A program made the position numbers and the translations under genes. DNA of 63,035 nucleotides, the filler included, from Octopus bimaculoides (taxonomy: Eukaryota), in NCBI RefSeq assembly GCF_001194135.2. It is 6 parts of 6 records of this genome, joined end to end, with 100 filler letters (N's around TTAATTAATTAA, not from the genome) between each part and the next. Parts side by side here need not be neighbours in the genome. Positions count along the whole stretch, not along the records: positions 46,030 to 56,078 come from NC_068984.1; positions 56,179 to 61,092 come from NC_069007.1; positions 61,193 to 63,035 come from NW_026298669.1; 3 more parts are not named here. One strand, given 5' to 3'. The notes under the pieces were generated by a model. It ran no database searches. It was not told the origin of the DNA and saw nothing but the letters and a program-made list of their open reading frames with translations. Positions within the stretch are counted from its first letter, which is position 1, and each line of letters starts with the position of its first letter. Shown one piece after another: positions 51,316-62,497 of the stretch.

Positions 51316-51490
51316 ATGTTCGTGCGCGCGTGCTACCGTGCGTTCTACTTCTCACCTTCCTCGCAGACTTCAAAGGCAAATAAATGTCAGTTTCAACAGG
51401 ACATAAAAATAAAAGTAAATATATTAAAATTCTTTACTGAAATTGCCGAACAATCAGCAGTGGATTTTGACATTTATGACACTCACATCG
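51195..51490. repeat. ~300-bp repeat, inverted copy of 46920-47215
   Basis: Both translate to similar KCQFQQD.K.KVN..KFFT.IA.QS.VDF.IY.THI on opposite strands. Confidence 0.85.
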
Positions 51491-52446
51491 ATGTAATAAA
51501 TTACTATATTATTTTCATTTTCAAACAAAAACAATAGACGAAGAACAGGAATCATATACGAGATAGCAACTATGGTTTTGTTTAAATAGTGTAGGTTACG
51601 TATGAAGTATATTAACAATCTTTCGTCGTTTAATCTTTGGTACTACTAAAGCAGAGTGGTCCCGAACGCGCAGTCGCGCGTCCGCGCTAGCTAGTCGTGA
51701 GTGGTCGATCCTACAAAAAGTGCGCGTGTGCAAATGAATAGATGTGTTTAGTATTAGGGTTAGGGTTAGAGATAGGGTTAGNNNNNNNNNNNNNNNNNNN
51801 NNNNNNNNNNNNNNNNNNNNNNNNNNNNNNNNNNNNNNNNNNNNNNNNNNNNNNNNNNNNNNNNNNNNNNNNNNNNNNNNNNNNNNNNNNNNNNNNNNNN
51901 NNNNNNNNNNNNNNNNNNNNNNNNNNNNNNNNNNNNNNNNNNNNNNNNNNNNNNNNNNNNNNNNNNNNNNNNNNNNNNNNNNNNNNNNNNNNNNNNNNNN
52001 NNNNNNNNNNNNNNNNNNNNNNNNNNNNNNNNNNNNNNNNNNNNNNNNNNNNNNNNNNNNNNNNNNNNNNNNNNNNNNNNNNNNNNNNNNNNNNNNNNNN
52101 NNNNNNNNNNNNNNNNNNNNNNNNNNNNNNNNNNNNNNNNNNNNNNNNNNNNNNNNNNNNNNNNNNNNNNNNNNNNNNNNNNNNNNNNNNNNNNNNNNNN
52201 NNNNNNNNNNNNNNNNNNNNNNNNNNNNNNNNNNNNNNNNNNNNNNNNNNNNNNNNNNNNNNNNNNNNNNNNNNNNNNNNNNNNNNNNNNNNNNNNNNNN
52301 NNNNNNNNNNNNNNNNNNNNNNNNNNNNNNNNNNNNNNNNNNNNATATATATATATATATATAATAAGTATATATATATACATACATATATATATATGCA
52401 TGCATGTATAAAGAGAAAGACAAAAACTAAAAGCCGAATTACTTAC

Positions 52447-52478
52447 CGCTGCGTTTTTAGCGTTGTTACTGTTGCCAT
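52447..52478 (-). CDS. Candidate first coding exon (MATVTTLKTQ, phase 2)
   Basis: ATG at 52478, perfect donor cagcg|GTAAGT; the ATG lies inside an X-box match. Confidence 0.25.
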
Positions 52479-52484
52479 AACAAC
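52471..52484. promoter_or_regulatory. RFX X-box match
   Basis: GTTGCC AT AACAAC fits GTHNYY-AT-RRNAAC exactly; a single degenerate motif can occur by chance. Confidence 0.3.
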
Positions 52485-52785
52485 AGTATAGAGTTATCTT
52501 TCCTTCCTTAAATCTGTATTTACAGATATTCCCTAGCTTTTAATCATCATTCACACTCACATATTAAATCCACTTCAGAACCAAAACAACAAAGAGTTAA
52601 AAAATTAATTTTTAATTAGACAAATCTGCCTTGGCTATCATATCTCTCTCGAGAATTTTCTTCAGTTTTATTTTACATCCCTGTATCTTTCCGTAATTTC
52701 ATTTTCAATTTAAAATATTTATTAATTTATTTTCACTTCAGTATTGTACTTATATGTGCATATAGATATATGTGCATGCATATAT

Positions 52786-53117
52786 AAAGACCTCTTCGGT
52801 CAAGAATGACCATGGGATGCACCCAGAAAGTCCCCATTCGAGGCACAAGTCTGAACAAGGTTGTTTATGGAAGACAAGCAGTCACTCATGCATACCAGCC
52901 TCTCGCTCCACGTCACTGATGTTATCAAATGGAAAGGTAAAGGCCGATACAGCTTGACACCAGCGACGGCGCAACTTATTTCTACAGCTAAGTGAACTAA
53001 CACAGCATGAAATAAAGTATCTTGCTCAAGAACACAGCAAAGAGCCCAACCCGAGAATGTAACCCACTACCTCATGATTGTCAACCAGACGCTCTGACCA
53101 CTGAGCCATACGTCTTC
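52786..53117 (-). mobile_element. tRNA-derived SINE family E, full length
   Basis: aaagacctcttcggtcaagaatgaccatggg...gtatcttgctcaagaacacag...gctctgaccactgagccatacgtcttc. Confidence 0.85.
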
Positions 53118-53392
53118 GAGCTTTGAAGATCGTGAGTGTAGTGGACGCCCATCTGTCATCGATGACGGTCAATTAAAGATCGTCATTGAGAAAGATCACG
53201 CAAAACCACTCGAGAACTAGCAAAAGAACTTCAAATTAGCCAGAAAACTGCCTGCAACCATTTGCAGGCGGTCGGAAAATAAGTAAAAGCTCGACAAATG
53301 GATACCACACGATTAGAATGAAAATCAGAAAATGCACAGATATGAAATTTGATCGTCGCTTCTCCGTAACCAGACCGATCCATTTCTCGACC
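53118..53392 (+). mobile_element. mariner transposase fragment (Hsmar1/cecropia-like), running into a gap
   Basis: EDRECSGRPSVIDDGQLKIVIEKD..TTRELAKELQISQKTACNHLQAVGK...LDKWIPH..ENQKMHRYEI..LLRNQTDPFLD. Confidence 0.85.
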
Positions 53393-53959
53393 NNNNNNNN
53401 NNNNNNNNNNNNNNNNNNNNNNNNNNNNNNNNNNNNNNNNNNNNNNNNNNNNNNNNNNNNNNNNNNNNNNNNNNNNNNNNNNNNNNNNNNNNNNNNNNNN
53501 NNNNNNNNNNNNNNNNNNNNNNNNNNNNNNNNNNNNNNNNNNNNNNNNNNNNNNNNNNNNNNNNNNNNNNNNNNNNNNNNNNNNNNNNNNNNNNNNNNNN
53601 NNNNNNNNNNNNNNNNNNNNNNNNNNNNNNNNNNNNNNNNNNNNNNNNNNNNNNNNNNNNNNNNNNNNNNNNNNNNNNNNNNNNNNNNNNNNNNNNNNNN
53701 NNNNNNNNNNNNNNNNNNNNNNNNNNNNNNNNNNNNNNNATGCAATGGAAGAATTAGACTTTTCTGTTATATTTTCTGTAATGAACTGGAATACCTATGA
53801 TTCGAATTTCATCAGAATTGCAGATGAGAGTTCTTTCCCTCTTTACACACCATAAAAAAATTCTAATCATGGCACATGTATCCCATACTACTGATCTTTA
53901 TGCGCAGATTCCAAAATTCCAGTCTTTGGAAGCTGTTCAAAGGTTTTTGCTCCCGAAAA

Positions 53960-56045
53960 ATGGAAGTCATGGAGCTCTAAAGTGTGGGAGTTAAGGCCCC
54001 TATTGGGGGTGGGGGTGTTAATGTCAACCTGAGAAGTTGAATTGTTGAGAATCTTTTTGACTTGGATGTTATATCTATTGTTCGAATTTCTTTGAAATAG
54101 GAAATATATGTATGTTCACTGGATTTGTAAAAGAGAGCAAAGCTACAGGAAACCAAAAGACAAATGATCACAATAAGCAGTCAGCTAGCCTACCCTAGTC
54201 GTTACTACTCACCAATGTACAATTCCTCACCATACAGGTGACAGGCACAGCCGTAAGATGCATTACGGATCTGTAGCAATTGGAAGGGCGTGACCCAACT
54301 GAAATAAACATTAACAACTGTGTGACGTGAGGGCTAAGGGGAAATGAAAGTATCACTTCTGGAGTTTGCAAATGACCACTATACCGATAGGTAACTGGAC
54401 AGAATAAATTTCCAATCTATAAATGTCTGAATAACCAGTCACTCATCTAGGAAGGCCTTGAAATCAATGTTACCACCTGAGGACTATGTGTGACTCAGTG
54501 ATAATAAAAAGACTCATAGGAGATCTGCAACCAAATAACTTTACTCAACACTTTGCAACTGAATCAGTGGAGGCAAGGATGCCTCTCATTTACTTGACAA
54601 TTTATGCACCACATTACAGAAATCACAATCTAAGTATATCTCAAAGGAAACTCTTACATTGTTGTACCATTGAATTACAAATAACGCTCATCTTTTGTGC
54701 TCGGTTGACCCTACAGCTTCCAAGAGTACAACTGCATTCGTCTTTGCTTAGATAAAATGACTAAATTGTGGGTGTTAAGTCCCCATGAAGAGGTCTTTCT
54801 AACTTCTAAGGAGATGAAATTTTAGAAATATTACTTCATTCGTGTCTAATATGTATGGTTAAAATTTCATCAACAGCAAAAATATATGAATTTTCATGAG
54901 GGTTATGGCCCTTGTGCATAGAATATAATTACCAAATTTCGTAAAGATCCATTCAGTACTTTTGACCTAGTTTTGGATCATAAAAATGACTAAAATTTGG
55001 GAGTTAAGGCCCCCATTAGGGGGTCTTAGAATCTTTATGAAAAGTGGAAAGTTTGAGAATACATCTTGATATGTGTCAATTACCCAGGGTTGAAATTTCA
55101 TCAACATCGAAAATGTATGAATTTTCATGGGAGTTCTTCCCCCTTTAAACCATCACAAATTTAAAGTAAACATACTGCATTATACCCGCCCTTATGCATT
55201 GAATCTAAGTTCCAAATATCATAAGGATCCATTCAGTAATTTTGGTCCATGAAATTGTCTGAAGCACACAGTATTACTCTTCTCCGTAGACTTGGATTTT
55301 GTGTTCCAAATTTCTATCAGTTTCTTCTTGTCAAACCAGTAAGTTATGGGGATGTAAATAAACGAACAGCAGTTATGAAGCAGTGATGAGGGAAAAACAG
55401 AGATAAAGACACAAAGATTTCGATTTCACTTGCCTCAACAGGTCTTCGCAAGTAGAGTTTAGTTTCCAACGAAGGAAAGGTACGCATAAGTGGGCTGGTT
55501 ACACCCCATGCAAAGGCCACAGGTTATGGTCTCAACTTGGCTTGCTGGGTCTTCTCACGCACAGCATATTTCCAAAGGTCTCGATCACTAGTCATTGCCT
55601 CGGTGAGGCCTAATGTTCGAAGGTCGTTCTTCACCACCTCATCCCAGGTCTTCCTGGGTCTACATTTTCCACAGGTTCCCTCAACTGCTAGGGTGTGGGA
55701 TTTTATCACACAGTTATCCTCATCCATTCTCGCCACATGACTATACCAGCACAATCGTCTCTCTTGCACATAACAACTGATGCTTCCTAGATCCAACTTC
55801 TCTGTCAAGGTACTTACACCCTGTCGAATATGCACACTGACCCATGGTTGAAATTTCATTAACATCGAAAATTTATGAATTTTCATGTGGGTTCTGCCCC
55901 CTTTAAGCCATCTCAAATTCAAACCAAACATACTGCATTATACCTGCCCTTATGCATTGAATCTAAGTTCCAAATATCATAAGGATCCATTCAGTAATTT
56001 TGGTCCATGAAATTGTCTGAAACACACAGCATTACCCTTCTCCCT
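53960..56045. repeat. Modular interspersed repeat (possibly Helentron/HINE-like) with internally reiterated blocks
   Basis: Blocks gggagttaaggcccc, aaatttcatcaaca..aaaat.tatgaattttcatg and ccaaat.tc.taa.gatccattcagta recur at ~53985, 54770-55030, 55086-55285 and 55846-56045; the class assignment is from memory only. Confidence 0.55.
55440..55830 (-). mobile_element. RTE-clade LINE 3' fragment
   Basis: ORF 55524-55931: EKLDLGSISCYVQERRLCWYSHVARMDEDNCV..VEGTCGKCRPRKTWDEVVKNDLRTLGLTEAMTSDRDLWKYAVREKT. Confidence 0.9.
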
Positions 56046-57742
56046 AGGCCGTACATCTATATATAGACATCTACACATNNNNNNNNNNNNNNNNNNNNNN
56101 NNNNNNNNNNNNNNNNNNNNNNTTAATTAATTAANNNNNNNNNNNNNNNNNNNNNNNNNNNNNNNNNNNNNNNNNNNNAAAAGAGTAAAAGAGTAGAGTC
56201 ATTCTGGAATTTTTTATTCCATTTATTTATTTATTTGTTTTGGTAAATGAAGACGATGCTTGATAGGAATGGATTTTTATTTTCAAAGCCATCTTGGCGA
56301 AAAAGCATCCTCAGACAGAATCAGGAGAGCTGCCGTCACTCACCAAGACGGTGTTACGATGACGGAAGAGGAAATTGAAGACGTTTGTGCGCGCGCGCGC
56401 TTGTATGGAGAGGTGTGTATGCACGCGCGCGCTTGTATGGAGAGGTGTGTATGCACGCGCGCGCGCGCCTTGACACGCAACTTCGCCGTATATATTGCAC
56501 GATAAGGTGAAGGTGGTGGAACCCGTTCCTCCTCCTACTCTTCTGTTCTCTTTGCTACTTTCATGCGTTTTCTCCCCTCTCTCTCTCTCTGCCCATCTCT
56601 CTCATTCTCCTCTTACCTCACCCCTTCCTAACACATTGTTGCGCAGTGACGTCTTTTCCCCTTTCTCGCTCTCTTCCCTTCCCTCTTCCTGCAACTCCCT
56701 GCAGCTTGTTGCTCAGCGACATCCCCTCTCTCTCTTTAACACTTCACGTTCTCCTTTCCCTTTCTCACATTCCTTTTCTTACATTGCTCGGTGTAGCCCT
56801 TTCTTCTCTGCTTTCCCCCCCTCTCTCTTACTCCTTTACTCTATCTACCTTCTCTATCCGATTCCCTCATCCTTTCTCCCATTCAAAGAATCTCAGCCTC
56901 AGTGTACTGCTACCATTGATGTCCTTACATCTTTCTTCTTTACTTCCCCCTCTCTCACAACATACTTTTTTTTTATCCACTCCCACTATCCCTCCGCATG
57001 TATTACTTGTTACTCGTTGATGGCCCTTCCTCCCCTTCGTAAAATTTCTAAATTCCCCCTCCCTCATTCTACATCTATTTCTACCTGCTCGTGGTGGTAG
57101 TGACACAGACGACGTACTCTCTCTCTCAACCTCTTCCTTTCTTTCTGTCATTCTGATTTCTCCTCCTTTCCTTTCTTGCACTCTCTCTTCCTTCTCCTCA
57201 TCCCCCCTCTCTCGTACTCATTTTTGTTTTGTTTTTGCAAATTCCACGTTTACTTCCTCCGTCGTCCCCACCTCTATTATGACATTCACCACATTCCTCA
57301 CCATCCTCTCCTCCTACTCTTTCTCACTCTTACATCTCACTCTGTCTTTATACACATTTCATGTCCTCACCCTCTCTCGCATATTTTAATTCTTTCCTTG
57401 CCACTCCTGTTCTTACTGTATCGTCTCTTTCTTCCCAATCTCTCACACCTCTTTCCTTAGTAACATTTCCCTCTCCTTCCTCTGCTACTCTCTGTCATTC
57501 TCTTCTCTCTTTCTCCTCCTCTCACTCTCTTTATCTCTCACCTCCTACCAAGTCTTCTTCCTCCACCTTCGTCTACTTGTATATTAGAACTTCTTTCTTC
57601 CGCCAGTAACTTTTTCTTATGTACGACTTTTTCTACCACTTTTCTCTCTCCTTTCACCCTCTCTATCCCTCTTTCTTTTTCTTCCACTCTCTCTCTTTGT
57701 CTGTATCTGTCCCTCGATCTCCACCTTCTCTCTCCTATCTCT

Positions 57743-57860
57743 TTGTTTAGCTCTTTCTCCTCTCTCTCTTTATCTAGTTCTTTCTCCTCTCTCTCTTTGT
57801 CTAGTTCTTTCTCCTCTCTCTCTTTGTCTAGTTCTTTCTCCTCTCTCTCTTTGTCTCTGT
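57743..57860. repeat. 27-bp pyrimidine-rich tandem repeat, about 4 copies
   Basis: tctagttctttctcctctctctctttg units inside a 1.4-kb CT-rich tract. Confidence 0.85.
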
Positions 57861-58303
57861 CTATCTGTCTTTCTCTATTTCGCATATTTCATTCCTTCAT
57901 TTCCCTTCTCTCTTTCTCTCTCACTCCATATCATCAGATGTCGGTGATGGCAAACGAAGAATGGTTTTTGCTCACTGACGGTGACAGTAGTAATAGTAGT
58001 AGCGATCGTAGTAGTAGTAGTAGTAGTAGTAGTAGTAATAATAATAATAATAATAATAATAATCTTAAGTCTTGGCAGCGTCAGCGTTGACGTTAATAAG
58101 GGTGGCTGGTATTTGACGTTAGCAGCATTGACGGTGACGACGATTATGATGATGATGATGATGATGATGATAATAGTGATGATGATGCCAGCCAGAAGCC
58201 AGTTTGCTCAGAAAACAAACCAAACTTTGTAGTTCCTACTACTATATGTCACTTACTAAATTTAGACTGGAAGTTTTGCAATGTTTGGTGTGAGTTCTAG
58301 TGT

Positions 58304-58334
<31 letters not shown>

Positions 58335-58912
58335 TTATATATATATATTTTACACTTATGTACATATATACACCTTGTATGTGTGTGTATATATGATTTA
58401 CATGCATATTGCGTATGTGTAATAGAATTATGTATACACATATCTATCTAATAACATTTGTGTGAGTGTGTGTAGGATGTCTCAGAATTAACTGTAGATA
58501 GTTAATTCTGTGACCCTGTATAATAACATTTGCGTGTGTGTGCATCTTCATCATGCTTTAACGTCCATTTTCCATGCCGGCATGGGTTGTTGCGCGCGTG
58601 CGTGCGTGCGTCTATTTATATATATAACACTTGTGTATCTTACCTTCATACATATATTTGTAGTTCTTGTAAGTAATATTTCTGATGATGGTGATGTGAT
58701 GAGTAAAATTTTTTATGTAAGGTATGAAGTATAATCCTGGGATTAATGAATAAATGAAAACCTCTTGATTTGTTTTGATGTGAATAAGATATTACTGAGA
58801 AATTGAAGAAGTATTTGTTTTCGGATTGATGAGACATTCCTGCTGAAGTGTAAAACTGGATATCTTTTCTCCAAGAAACGGTTGTGAACTGGTAGTCATT
58901 AAGAGCATTTTG

Positions 58913-59212
58913 CAAAACTTGGTACACTCTGTTGGGGGAAAGTTGGTACCCTCTGTTGGGCGGGAAAGTTGGTACCTGAAACTTGGTACCCTCTGTTGGG
59001 AGAAAGTTGGTACCCTCTGTTGGGCGGGAAAGTTGGTACCTGAAACTTGGTACCCTCTGTTGGGCGGGAAAGTTGGTACCTGAAACTTGGTACCCTCTGT
59101 TGGGAGAAAGTTGGTACCTGAAATTTGGTACCCTCTGTTGGGCGGGAAAGTTGGTACCTGAAATTTGGTACCCTCTGTTGGGGGGAAAGTTGGTACCTGA
59201 AATTTGGTACTT
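58913..59212. repeat. Modular minisatellite rich in GGTACC (26- and ~40-bp units)
   Basis: Modules gaaagttggtacc, tgaaa(c/t)ttggtacc and ctctgttggg(cgg/a/gg) in varying order. Confidence 0.95.
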
Positions 59213-59297
59213 GAGTTGGGGGAAGGGTTCGTACCCTGTGTTGGAGGAAAACTTGATCTCCTTATATTTGCCAACTCACCTATTTCCAAAAAAGGTT

Positions 59298-59922
59298 AAA
59301 GTTTCCCCACAGTTGGACATGTTTTCATGGAATATTGTTATGGTCAGGCCCACTTAGAACTATTACAAAATATCAAGACTAGGAGACAAACATATGTACA
59401 TACATACATGTATGTGTGTGTGTGTGCACTAAATCCACTGTAGTGTATTTGCTTCACCTATTTTCAGTCTCCTTTGTATATCTTCTGCATTCAATGCCTG
59501 TGTCTTTTTTAGCCATGCAACAATGCACTTCATTGTGCAAACTTGGTACCATCTAACCTTACACTAAAACACAGAACCAGCAGAAAACTTGGTACCCTTA
59601 TATTCACCAACCCTTGCTTGTTTTCAAGCAGTGTTAAATTTTCCTCACAGTTGGACATGTTTTTGCATGGAAGATTGAAACTGAACAACTCTGCTTGCAT
59701 TATGGTTGGGCCCACTTAGAACTAATGCAAAATAACAAGACTAGGAGACATACACACTCATACGTGTATGTACACACACACACACACACTGGTTTCTAAT
59801 ATTATGAATCCACTGGAATATATCTGCTTAATTTATCTTCAGTTTCCTTTGTATATCTTCTGCTTTCAATGTCTGTGTCTTGTTAACCATGCAGCATTGC
59901 ACTTCATTGTGTAAACCTTGTA
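59298..59922. repeat. Diverged tandem duplication of ~260-290 bp
   Basis: cacagttggacatgtttt...cccacttagaacta...caagactaggagaca...ctttgtatatcttctgc...gcacttcattgtg at 59298-59550 and 59637-59922. Confidence 0.9.
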
Positions 59923-59924
59923 CA

Positions 59925-60314
59925 TTTTTTTTGTTGGCACTCCGTCGCTTACAACGTTGAGGGTTCCAGTTGATCCGATCAACGGAACAGCCTGTTAGTG
60001 AAATTAACGTGCAAGTGGCTGAGCACTCCACAGACACGTGTACCCTTAACGTAGTTCTCGGGGATATTCAGCGTGACACAGTGTGACAAGGATGACCCTT
60101 TGAATTACAGGCACAACAGAAACAAGAAGTAAGAGTGAGAGAAAAGTTGTGGTGAAAGAGTACAGCAGGGTTCACCACGATCCCCTGCCGGAGCCTCATG
60201 GAGCTTTAGGTGTTTTCGCTCAATAAACACTCACAACGCCCGGTCTGGGAATCGAAGCCGCGATCCTGTGATCGTGAGTCCGCTGCCTTAACCACTGGGC
60301 CATTGCGTCTCCAC
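59925..60314 (-). mobile_element. Full-length tRNA-derived SINE with poly(A) tail and 12-bp TSD
   Basis: Head gtggagacgcaatggcccagtggttaaggcagcggactc..gcttcgattccc; TSD aaaccttgtaca at 59913-59924 and 60315-60326. Confidence 0.95.
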
Positions 60315-60704
60315 AAACCTTGTACAATCTACCCTCTATTGAGAATGAGAGAACCTCTTCATCACCAGCAGACATAGTAGCTCCCTGAGCTTTTTCTGTT
60401 ATTCTAGCAATTATGCCTTCAGAATATCCTCATATGTGGCTGATGAAATCACCTAGGTAACAGAAAACACGGATTATTTTTATGGGATCTGCTACATGTT
60501 GGTGAGAACTTTACTGTTGCCTGACTGCCAGCAGTGCCTACACAGCTGACAGCTCACTATGAAATCTTTTATATCTGTTTTTCTTACTGTGACCCATCTG
60601 CATCTCTTGTGCATCCATAGTTTACACTAACATTGGCATGGCTGCATTGTTAAGGAGCTCACTTGGTAACCATCTAGTTTCAGGTTCAGTCCCACTGTGC
60701 AGCA

Positions 60705-61055
60705 CCTGTCAGACAGCTGAAAGCGTCTGAGCAGGTCTCTGAGGCATTTGCATCCCCGTCTATTCCTATCTCTGCTCACGTAGTCTAGATGCATGTCCAG
60801 GGTAGCATTCCAGTCCCCCCACTAAAAGTAAAGGATGAGACGTTCCTAGGAATACTTCTAGACGTCGAAAGAAATCCGGCCGACCTGTTAAAGGCGGTGT
60901 GTAGACTGATACGAGTCGAAAAGCACACCCATTGCTGCCGTCAACATCCAGGACGACCAGTCTACCCTCCAGGACTACGAATATTGTCTTTACTTCGAGA
61001 TCCAGACTCTTGCGAAAAAGTACCACCGTGCCACTACCACCCATTCTCGGCAGAC
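60705..61055 (-). mobile_element. L1/Tx1-type AP endonuclease fragment
   Basis: GTVVLFRKSLDLEVKTIF..EGRLVVLDV..FRLVSVYTP..RPDFFRRLEVFL..LLLVG, then GDWNATLD after a frameshift. Confidence 0.85.
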
Positions 61056-61869
61056 AGTATATATAGTATATATAGTATATATATATATATATNNNNNNNN
61101 NNNNNNNNNNNNNNNNNNNNNNNNNNNNNNNNNNNNTTAATTAATTAANNNNNNNNNNNNNNNNNNNNNNNNNNNNNNNNNNNNNNNNNNNNACTAGGGA
61201 CATTGGAGGCATATTCAGGTGACATTACGTGTCAATATGTAAGGCCGTTGTTGTTGTTATTGTTGATTCTTGCATTGTTGTTGTTGTTGAGATTGTTTGG
61301 CCCCAAATCTATCCCCGTCGAACTATCTTAATACCAATTTTGTGACCATCACGTCATTTTCGCTATGTTCAATGTATGGTGCTCGGGATACACCATTATC
61401 CAGCTGGCATATTCTTCGTTCTCTAAAGGAGTTGCTGTAGGATGTGAGGGGTATTTAGCTGCTATTTCTAAGAAGTCTAGTGAACCCGCTGAGGTTCCTT
61501 CGGAGAGTAGATGGGTGAAGAGAACTGGAGGCGGAATAAGTTAGTGATAGTAAGAATGGTTGGTTATGCCATGTTGATAATGTTATTGATGATGTTGATG
61601 ACAATTTGCATCTTTTATGGTGCAGCCGATGAATAGCTATGAGTCAATGCTGCTCAAATCACAAGATATCATCTATAGCTAAATTGTGCGTAATTTTCTT
61701 AAAATATTATAAAACATACAAAAAGAATCTTGCAAATAACTATAACAAAAAAGCAGAATGACTAACAATTTGGAACGTGTCTGATTCTGTTCAAGTGCTT
61801 TCGCTTATTACAGCTTCTTGAACACACGTGTTATGAGTTAATTTTTATAGAAGAACTTCCTTATGGCAT

Positions 61870-61905
<36 letters not shown>

Positions 61906-62497
61906 NNNNNNNNNNNNNNNNNNNNNNNNNNNNNNNNNNNNNNNNNNNNNNNNNNNNNNNNNNNNNNNNNNNNNNNNNNNNNNNNNNNNNNNNNNNNNNN
62001 NNNNNNNNNNNNNNNNNNNNNNNNNNNNNNNNNNNNNNNNNNNNNNNNNNNNNNNNNNNNNNNNNNNNNNNNNNNNNNNNNNNNNNNNNNNNNNNNNNNN
62101 NNNNNNNNNNNNNNNNNNNNNNNNNNNNNNNNNNNNNNNNNNNNNNNNNNNNNNNNNNNNNNNNNNNNNNNNNNNNNNNNNNNNNNNNNNNNNNNNNNNN
62201 NNNNNNNNNNNNNNNNNNNNNNNNNNNNNNNNNNNNNNNNNNNNNNNNNNNNNNNNNNNNNNNNNNNNNNNNNNNNNNNNNNNNNNNNNNNNNNNNNNNN
62301 NNNNNNNNNNNNNNNNNNNNNNNNNNNNNNNNNNNNNNNNNNNNNNNNNNNNNNNNNNNNNNNNNNNNNNNNNNNNNNNNNNNNNNNNNNNNNNNNNNNN
62401 NNNNNNNNNNNNNNNNNNNNNNNNNNNNNNNNNNNNNNNNNNNNNNNNNNNNNNNNNNNNNNNNNNATATATATATATATATATAAGGCATCTTTAT

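Noticed and set aside
51758-51781. Telomere or interstitial telomere
   Set aside because: Only about four imperfect units at an internal gap edge; insufficient support.
57538-57885. ORF with (KELDKEREE)n repeats resembling a coiled coil
   Set aside because: Translation of a 27-bp purine/pyrimidine tandem repeat within a simple-sequence tract.
11649-59212. CRISPR-like arrays (11649-11817, 39580-40135, 58913-59212)
   Set aside because: Direct tandem repeats without unique spacers, in a eukaryotic context with no cas genes.
59925-60314. tRNA genes at SINE heads (also 22098, 32561, 53117)
   Set aside because: A and B boxes are present, but there is no complete cloverleaf and the heads continue into SINE bodies.
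60440-60475. CTGATGA...GAAA spacing similar to a hammerhead
   Set aside because: Stem II is weak, and there is no UH site or stem I pairing.
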